Assembly: GCA_965242925.1 (NCBI GenBank)
Contig: CBDEUM010000022.1
Span: 96,001 to 160,000 of the forward strand
DNA: 64,000 nt
Source of the DNA: Roseibacillus sp.
Lineage (GTDB): Bacteria > Verrucomicrobiota > Verrucomicrobiia > Verrucomicrobiales > Akkermansiaceae
Direction of reading: 5' to 3'
Part shown: piece after piece, positions 57,699 to 64,000 of the stretch
How positions within the stretch are numbered: the stretch's first letter is position 1
How the letters are laid out: every line of letters begins with the position of its first letter
Made by a program: the position numbers and the translations under genes
The notes under the pieces: model-generated
Seen by the model: only the letters and a program-made list of their open reading frames with translations
Databases searched by the model: none
What the model was told of the DNA's origin: nothing

Positions 57699-58577
57699 TC
57701 ACTTCCTCCCGAGGGCGTCCACGATGGTCTTCACATTGTGGCGGAACATCTTCTCGATGGAATCACCACCGTCGGCCATGAGGGACCCGCCGAGCGCAAT
57801 CCCCGCTCCCTCCGCCACTGTCTTCAGCATCTTGGGGTTTGAGCGTTGCTCCGGGAAAACGGCCCGGACCTTCTCCTTCCTGATGGCGGAGGCCACTTCC
57901 ACCACAAACTTCGGGGAATCCACCCGTTCCCGGTTCAAACCCTGAACCGCGAGCATCTTCCATTTGTGCTCGTTGCAGAAATAAGCAAAGGCGGCATGGG
58001 CGGTGGCCAGGGTGCGGTGTTCCGCCGGCACCCTGCTCAGCTCCCCGGTCGCCCAGAGATGCAGCCGGGAAAGTTCCTTCCGCACCACCGTAGCGCGCTT
58101 CCGGTAAAGATCCGCATTCACCGCATCGATACCCGCCAGTTCCTTGCGCACCCTGGTGGCCGCTCGCCGCCAGCAGTCGATGGAATGCCACCAGTGGGGA
58201 TCCACCTCCTCATGCAGGTGCGTGTGGCCGTCGTGATCGCAGAGAACCTCCGCCTTGAGAGTGGGAAGAAACTCACCGACCTCCACCACCCGGTCCGCGC
58301 CCACCGCATCCCTCAGCTTCGGGAGATAGGGTTCCAGTCCCTTGCCGCAGACAAAGTAGAGCTGAGCACCCCTGGCCTCCCGCAACTCCCTGGCCCCGGG
58401 TTCGAACTTGTGCGGGTCACCGCCCGGCCCCATCAAGTCAACCACCTGCACCTGCTCTCCGCCCACCTTCTGGACGAGATCTCCAAGGAGAGGATGCAGG
58501 ACCGCCACCTTGACCTCGGCCCCCACCACGGAGGTGAAGGCAGTGAGAAGAGCGGGAATCAGGCACCGGGGAGCCAT
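57699..58577 (-). CDS. Zn/Mn ABC transporter substrate-binding protein (ZnuA/TroA family)
   Basis: DPHKFEP, His-rich loop HDGHTHLH, DPHWW, HAAFAYF; ATG at 58577. Confidence 0.9.
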   Translation of the reverse strand: MAPRCLIPALLTAFTSVVGAEVKVAVLHPLLGDLVQKVGGEQVQVVDLMGPGGDPHKFEPGARELREARGAQLYFVCGKGLEPYLPKLRDAVGADRVVEVGEFLPTLKAEVLCDHDGHTHLHEEVDPHWWHSIDCWRRAATRVRKELAGIDAVNADLYRKRATVVRKELSRLHLWATGELSRVPAEHRTLATAHAAFAYFCNEHKWKMLAVQGLNRERVDSPKFVVEVASAIRKEKVRAVFPEQRSNPKMLKTVAEGAGIALGGSLMADGGDSIEKMFRHNVKTIVDALGRK

Positions 58578-58601
58578 GGCTACCAACTAACGCCAGCAGG
58601 G

Positions 58602-58628
58602 AACTAATGCAAGTAATTTGCATTAGTT
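58602..58628. promoter_or_regulatory. Fur-family (Zur-like) operator palindrome
   Basis: Perfect AACTAATGCAA-N5-TTGCATTAGTT about 25 nt upstream of the metal-binding protein ATG. Confidence 0.75.
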
Positions 58629-58725
58629 TCCTGGCCTGCCAGCCGGTCCTGGGAAAAATTTGGACATCCTAGCCTTTCCCCCCGCCCGCATTCACGTAGC
58701 CTTTCCCCAGCCTCCGTCCCCCATC

Positions 58726-59499
58726 GTGATTCATCCCACTGCCGTCGTCTCTCCCAAGGCCGAACTCGGGGCCGGGGTGGAAATTGGCCCCTACTGCGTG
58801 ATCGGTGACGAGGTCCGGATCGGTGCCCGCAGCCGCCTCCACGCCCACCTCGTGATGGAGGGCCCGATCACCATCGGTGAAGACAACGAATTCCACCCCT
58901 TCTCCTCCATCGGGGCCCGGAGCCAGGACCTCAAGTATGCCGGTGAGCCAACCCACGCCCACATCGGCGACCGCAACACCTTCCGCGAGTTCGTCACTGT
59001 GCACCGGGGAACCACCCCGGAGATTCCCACCCGCATCGGCTCCGACAACAATTTCCTCGCCTATGCCCATGTGGCCCACGATTCCGTGGTCGGAAACCAC
59101 TGCATCCTCTCCAACGCCGCAACCCTGGGGGGCCATGTCACCGTGGGAGACCACGTCATCCTGTCGGGCCTGGCCGGTGTCCACCAGTTCTGCCGGGTCG
59201 GGGCCCACTCCATGATCGGTGGTTGTGCCAAGATCGTGCAGGACGTCCCCCCCTACACCATTGCCGACGGGCATCCCGCTCAGCTGCGGGGACTGAACCT
59301 GATCGGTTTCCAGCGCCGCGGCTTCACCGAAGAAGACATCCGCGCCCTCAAGACCGCCTATAAGACGCTTTTCTTAAAAAAAGAGGCTAATCTAGCCTCT
59401 CAGATTGAGGTCTTGAAGTCCTTGGAGGTCGCTGAAAATGAGAAAGTCCTGCAAATGCTGGACTTTTTACAGTCCTCCCAGAGAGGTGTTGTTCGCTAA
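58726..59499 (+). CDS. lpxA: UDP-N-acetylglucosamine O-acyltransferase
   Basis: IHPTAVV hexapeptide repeats, QDLKY, REFVTVHRGT, HVAHD, HQFCRVG, DVPPY; GTG at 58726 preferred. Confidence 0.96.
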   Translation: MIHPTAVVSPKAELGAGVEIGPYCVIGDEVRIGARSRLHAHLVMEGPITIGEDNEFHPFSSIGARSQDLKYAGEPTHAHIGDRNTFREFVTVHRGTTPEIPTRIGSDNNFLAYAHVAHDSVVGNHCILSNAATLGGHVTVGDHVILSGLAGVHQFCRVGAHSMIGGCAKIVQDVPPYTIADGHPAQLRGLNLIGFQRRGFTEEDIRALKTAYKTLFLKKEANLASQIEVLKSLEVAENEKVLQMLDFLQSSQRGVVR

Positions 59500-59605
59500 G
59501 TCTCTTATTTAGAGAGATCTGCGAACGAAATGGTATTTCTTTTTGTAATATCGTTTCCACTATATTGATATTTTGGTAATATTGATTATCGCTCAACACC
59601 TGCCC

Positions 59606-60160
59606 ATGTTGTCCGCCCTTACCAAGCTGCCCCTCCCGCTACCACCCCTGCTGGGGCTCCTCGTGGCCATGATCGGCTTTTCCGCTTCAGCCCGGGAGCC
59701 CCGGGGAGATGTCACTCCCCTGCCGGAGAATTCTCGCGCCTTCCCCTGTCTGGTGCGGCCGGACATGGACGGGATCGCCATCGAGGAGGCCCTGGACACC
59801 CCGCGGATGCACCAACTACCGGACGGAACGATCATCATCACCCTCAACTGGAACGATACCGAGGGCGAGTCGGTGGAACCGCACTCTGCTGACCTGGTTC
59901 TCACTTCCATGCCTGTTCCAGAACCATCCTATCCCTTTCTTGGCGCCTGCGCCGGTTGCGTCGCCCTGCTTCATCGCCGGCGCCCAACGCCCGGTAACTT
60001 CGGGCCTGCACCCCTCAGTCTTTCCGGGCTCCCCCTCGAGAGAATCTCCTCGCAGTGTTCCGCTCGGGCGCCACGTTCCCGGCAACCGGCCGGTTCCCAT
60101 CGCCTGATCGCAAGACGGTCGACCGGACGAGCGTCCCTCCGTCCCCTCCGGGTCGCCTGA
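59606..60160 (+). CDS. Small secreted protein with a PEP-CTERM-like sorting signal
   Basis: Signal peptide; PVPEPS + hydrophobic stretch + HRRR; unusually long tail after it, so the 3' end is uncertain. Confidence 0.6.
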   Translation: MLSALTKLPLPLPPLLGLLVAMIGFSASAREPRGDVTPLPENSRAFPCLVRPDMDGIAIEEALDTPRMHQLPDGTIIITLNWNDTEGESVEPHSADLVLTSMPVPEPSYPFLGACAGCVALLHRRRPTPGNFGPAPLSLSGLPLERISSQCSARAPRSRQPAGSHRLIARRSTGRASLRPLRVA

Positions 60161-60239
60161 CCCCAGGGGCCCTCCCGCCTGTTTCCGGGAAACTGGGCCC
60201 TCCCCCAGGTCCGGGCATCACCGCGAAGCGTCTCTGTCT

Positions 60240-60968
60240 CTACCAGCCGAAGATCAGGGGCGGCGTGACGATCTTCACCTTGCCGCCCCCGTTGTTCTCG
60301 CTCTCCTCGATGGCAGTCACCACCTCGTTCTCGAACTCGACCACCACCTTGCCGATTTCCTCCCTGGTGGTGTGCGAATACTGGCGGAAGACCCGCCCCG
60401 TCAAGGAATCGCGCACGGTCTGGTAGTGATCCTGCTCCTCATACTGGATGAACTCCCAGACGCCGGTCTTGCCCTTGACGGTTTGCCGCACCTTGGTCTT
60501 GGTCGGCCTGCCCAGGGCGGCACTGATCTCCTCCATGGACATCCCGATCGCGATCTCGTGCTTGGCGATCAGGTCCCGCACCACCTTCTGGCGCTCATAG
60601 ACCTTCTTGAAATTCTCCACGAAGTCCTTGTCCTTGGATCCGAGGGCCTTGGGTGAAACCCATCCCGAGACGCCACCGTGGACGGCCGTTCCGCGGATCT
60701 TGTAGACTTTTTCGGTCATCCCGATGAAAGTCACCTTGGTATCGACCTTGAGCACCCCGAGTTTCCGCCCGCCCTTCTTGGTGGCAAAAACGGGGGCGGG
60801 CTTGACCACCAGGAGCTCGATCTTCTTGTCGGTGAACTCCTCGGTGTAAACAACCCCCGGGTCATCATTGAGGAGGGAGGACTTTTCCCTCAGGTCGGCA
60901 GCGGCCGGCCCACTCGCCAGCAGCGGAAGAAGAAGGACCAGGGCAGCGGGGGCTGAAATCACTTTCAT
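60240..60968 (-). CDS. Secreted hypothetical protein (SH3-like region)
   Basis: Signal peptide; VSGWVS and IAIGMS.EEI..ALG.P motifs; strong GC3 codon bias. Confidence 0.8.
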   Translation of the reverse strand: MKVISAPAALVLLLPLLASGPAAADLREKSSLLNDDPGVVYTEEFTDKKIELLVVKPAPVFATKKGGRKLGVLKVDTKVTFIGMTEKVYKIRGTAVHGGVSGWVSPKALGSKDKDFVENFKKVYERQKVVRDLIAKHEIAIGMSMEEISAALGRPTKTKVRQTVKGKTGVWEFIQYEEQDHYQTVRDSLTGRVFRQYSHTTREEIGKVVVEFENEVVTAIEESENNGGGKVKIVTPPLIFGW

Positions 60969-61138
60969 GCTGATAACAAGGTAGGCGCAGGGCCTTCAAA
61001 GAAAAGCCCTTTTCGGTGAGACGAGATGAGGGCGCCGGAAATTCGGAGAGTTTCTCCCGAATTCTTTCCCGCTTGCGAATCCCCGCCCAGGGAGGGATTC
61101 ATCGCGGCGCCTGTCATAGTGCGCAGAGAGAAAAACCA

Positions 61139-62085
61139 CTAGCTCCGCCGGCGACGGAGGAGGGTCAATCCTGCCAGCGCAAGGAGGCTCATGCTGGAAG
61201 GCTCGGGCACGATCGCGAAGGAGAACCACGCCACTGCACCAGCACCATCCCCATCGTTAATGGAAGAAGTGGCCGAGCCGCCGGGATAGTTGAGGGTGAT
61301 CCCGCCGGATTGGCCCCCGGAATAGTTAACGCCAAAATTAGTAGCACCGAAGCTGGTGTTGTATTGAACTGGCGGCAACGTAGTAGGTCCCTTCGGGCAA
61401 GATAAAAAAATTCAATGCACTCTGGAAGGCATCACCGGCGTCATCGTTATTATCAAGGAGGTTGCCCGCAGCATCATAGAGCCCCAGTTCCGTGTCCGAA
61501 ATATCCGAACCGAAGGTATCAAGGTCGATGACACTGGTATCGGAGCCGAGAATCCCAAGATCGAGCGCCCCAGTCGGCGTGGAAACATCGAATTCACCGA
61601 CCCCCAAGGTGTATTCAAATATGTTAACAAGCCCATCGTCGTAGTTCTCCACGCTGATAAAATAAGTCCCCGGGATCAAGAGTCCCGAACGATTCCGTTG
61701 AACCAAGCGGGCCGTCTAGATAGGCACTTGCGAGATGGCCCGTGGCCACGCGAGGCTCACCGAAGGCACCACCACCCTCGATGGTTTCAGTATTGGTGAG
61801 CAGGAAGGCATCAGGATCGCCGAACGAGAAGAAGTTGGAAGTCAGTGAAACTTCCGTTTCCTGTTCGAGGGCAAACTGAAAAACAAACTCCCCACTGATG
61901 TAATTGTGGACCATACCTCCGTAGACTTCAGCCTGAGAAGTGGGCCAACTACAACAGCCGATATCACCGTTCAAGTCGTAAGCCCCGGCATCGAGAACTC
62001 CGAGATCCAAGTCCACCACAAGGGCCCCAAAGACTTGAGAACAACCCACGGAGAATAAGGCAAGGGCAGCAAGCTTGTTCTTCAT
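61139..62085 (-). CDS. PEP-CTERM protein with PPC/DVUA0089-like domain; two +1 frameshifts (about 61670 and 61365)
   Basis: Signal peptide MKNKLAALALF; DTELGLYDAAGNLLDNNDD; IVPEPSSMSLLALAGLTLLRRRRS; three track ORFs join into about 314 aa. Confidence 0.8.
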
Positions 62086-62244
62086 ATCAACAGACAATCT
62101 ATCGGAAGGGATCAGGAGCTCGCGAGGTTTTTCTTTCAGGAAATAATCTTGCCCTGTCGAGTTATTCACAAGGGCAAACTATTCATCATCCGTGCACTTT
62201 TGGTCTGCAATTCATGGGGCAACGGTATAGTTCCGTCTCACGCG

Positions 62245-63522
62245 ATGCAGGGACCGATCTCAAGCAAGCTCTTCCAGGCCGCCAGGGCCGTGATCCCCGG
62301 TGGGGTCAATTCCCCGGTCCGGGCCTTTCGGAATGTGGACGGGGAACCCTTCTTTGTCAGGCGGGCCAGGGGATGCCGCATCGAGGATGTCGATGGCCGG
62401 AGCCTCATCGACTACGTCGGGACCTGGGGGCCGGCCATCCTGGGGCACGCCCCCACCGTCCTGACCAACACCGTGCACGAAGTGGCCAAGGACGGCCTCT
62501 CCTTCGGCATTCCCAACCCCTTCGAGGTCGAAATGGCCCGAATGATCTGCGGGTGGGTTCCCTCGGTGGAGAAGGTCCGCATGGTCAACTCGGGAACGGA
62601 GGCCACCATGTCCGCGGTGCGGCTTGCCCGGGGATTCACCGGCCGGGACAAAATCATCAAGTTCGAGGGACACTATCACGGTCACGTCGATTCCCTCCTG
62701 GTGGCCGCCGGGTCCGGGGCCCTCACTCACGGCGAGCCGGACTCCGCCGGCATTCCCAGGTCCTTCGCGGCGGAGACCATCACCCTGCCCTTCAACCTGC
62801 CCGGGCGGATTGAAGAAGCCTTCGCGCAGCTCGGCGATGAGATTGCCGCCGTCATTCTCGAACCGTATCCCGCCAACGCCGGTTTGGTCTTCCCCCAGCC
62901 CGGCTACCTGGCCCTCCTGCGCGAACTGACCCGCAAACACGGTGCTCTCCTGATCTTCGATGAAGTGATGACCGGCTTCCGCCTGGCCAGGGGTGGAGTG
63001 CAGGAACTGTCTGGAATCACCCCCGACCTCTGCGCCATGGGCAAGGTGATCGGCGGCGGACTTCCGGTGGGGGCCTTTGGGGGGCGGGCCGACATCATGG
63101 AACACCTTGCGCCTGACGGACCGGTCTACCAGGCGGGCACCCTCTCGGGTAATCCGGTCGCCATGGCCGTCGGACTGGCCCAGCTCAGGGAGCTCGAGAA
63201 ACAAGATGGCTACCGACGCCTCGAGGAAATCGGCCAGCACTTCGAGGACGGGGTGCGGGGCATCATCGCCGACAACGGTCTCCCCTACCGGTTCAACCGG
63301 GCGGGGTCCATGTGGTGTCTCTATTTCGGAGAGGCTGAAATCATCAACGTCGACTCGGTGCAACAGGGAGACTTCGAGGCCTTCAAGAAGTTCTTCTGGG
63401 CCTGCCTCGAACGCGGGGTCTACCTCGCCCCCAGTCCCTACGAAACCGGTTTCCTCTCCCTCGCTCACACCGAGGCCGACATCGATGAGACCCTGGAGAT
63501 CTTTGCGGAGTGTCTCCGCTGA
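62245..63522 (+). CDS. hemL: Glutamate-1-semialdehyde 2,1-aminomutase
   Basis: PGGVNSPVRAF, NSGTEATMSA, YHGHVD, FDEVMTGFR, GKVIGGGLP, YQAGTLSGNP. Confidence 0.97.
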   Translation: MQGPISSKLFQAARAVIPGGVNSPVRAFRNVDGEPFFVRRARGCRIEDVDGRSLIDYVGTWGPAILGHAPTVLTNTVHEVAKDGLSFGIPNPFEVEMARMICGWVPSVEKVRMVNSGTEATMSAVRLARGFTGRDKIIKFEGHYHGHVDSLLVAAGSGALTHGEPDSAGIPRSFAAETITLPFNLPGRIEEAFAQLGDEIAAVILEPYPANAGLVFPQPGYLALLRELTRKHGALLIFDEVMTGFRLARGGVQELSGITPDLCAMGKVIGGGLPVGAFGGRADIMEHLAPDGPVYQAGTLSGNPVAMAVGLAQLRELEKQDGYRRLEEIGQHFEDGVRGIIADNGLPYRFNRAGSMWCLYFGEAEIINVDSVQQGDFEAFKKFFWACLERGVYLAPSPYETGFLSLAHTEADIDETLEIFAECLR

Positions 63523-63541
63523 GATTCCGGCGCAGGTCCGG

Positions 63542-63563
63542 AAAAAGCCCCGCCTGGCGGGGT
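63542..63563 (-). terminator. Probable terminator between convergent hemL and trxA
   Basis: AAAAAG-CCCCGC-CTG-GCGGGG hairpin with a U tract on minus. Confidence 0.5.
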
Positions 63564-63604
63564 TCCCTGCTGGAAAGGTCAGGCCGTCACGCCCGGTGCC
63601 GGCC

Positions 63605-63928
63605 CTAGGCGAGGGCGGCAAGTTTCTCTTTCAACGCCTCAGCGGTCACCCCCTTGGTGCCGATGAGGGTCTCCACGACCTCGCCCCCCTTGAAGAAGGC
63701 GATGGTGGGAAGGGACTGAATGTTGTAGGTGCGGGCCAGTTCCTGCTCGGTATCCACATCAACCTTGCCCACCTTGGCCGTTCCCTCCGTGTCGCTGGCC
63801 ACCGAATCGACCAGTGGTCCGATCATCTTGCAGGGACCACACCATTCCGCCCAGAAATCGACGAGCACGGGTTGCTCCGACTGCAGAACCTCTGCCTGGA
63901 AGTTATCGCTTGTGAATTGAAGAGCCAT
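63605..63928 (-). CDS. trxA: Thioredoxin
   Basis: VDFWAEWCGPCK, 107 aa. Confidence 0.96.
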   Translation of the reverse strand: MALQFTSDNFQAEVLQSEQPVLVDFWAEWCGPCKMIGPLVDSVASDTEGTAKVGKVDVDTEQELARTYNIQSLPTIAFFKGGEVVETLIGTKGVTAEALKEKLAALA

Positions 63929-64000
63929 GGCAGGATAAACGGAGAAAAGGACGCACCACGGTCGCCCTGGGAGCGAGTCCAGTTGGTTACCTCCTGTCTT

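Noticed and set aside
57576..57701. ZnuA-like TGA in frame with the antiporter start
   Set aside because: A second in-frame TGA lies in between, and both proteins look complete.
59488..59530. Hairpin after lpxA as an integron attC site
   Set aside because: The GTT...AAC order is the reverse of attC (RYYYAAC...GTTRRRY), it occurs once, and no integrase is present.
62162..62170. DnaA-box match TTATTCACA (also at 25186-25194)
   Set aside because: These are isolated single boxes, about what chance would give in 64 kb; no cluster or other oriC features.

Overview
High-GC window, most likely from a free-living Verrucomicrobiota (Verrucomicrobiales-like) genome. This rests on the fused lpxC-fabZ, PEP-CTERM proteins and several PVC-type DUF1549/1553+DUF1501 and DUF1592+DUF1552 modules; it is an inference, and all family names are from motif recognition, not database searches. 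Core genes: yggS, prc-like protease, wza/wzc-like export genes, two divergent tRNA-Gly, mpg, Nif3, RluA, lpxC-fabZ, hrpA, CPA2 antiporter, ZnuA-like binding protein, lpxA, hemL, trxA. Accessory genes encode many secreted proteins (sulfatase, beta-propellers, CxxCH proteins). Top finding: the two halves of a CRTAC1/ASPIC-UnbV lipoprotein (3697-5619 and 2095-3675, minus) are in frame and separated by one TGA. That TGA is followed directly by a bacterial SECIS-like hairpin, suggesting a ~1174-aa exported selenoprotein (DDL-U-SFFWRQVV) in an operon with a sulfatase, a cytochrome-c-motif protein and DUF1552. Other signals: a near-duplicated DUF1501 3' end flanking a probable inserted module, a perfect Zur/Fur-like palindrome, a low-GC lpxA 3' end, and seven +1 frameshifts that look like sequencing errors. 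No sel genes, integrase, transposase or CRISPR array were recognised.
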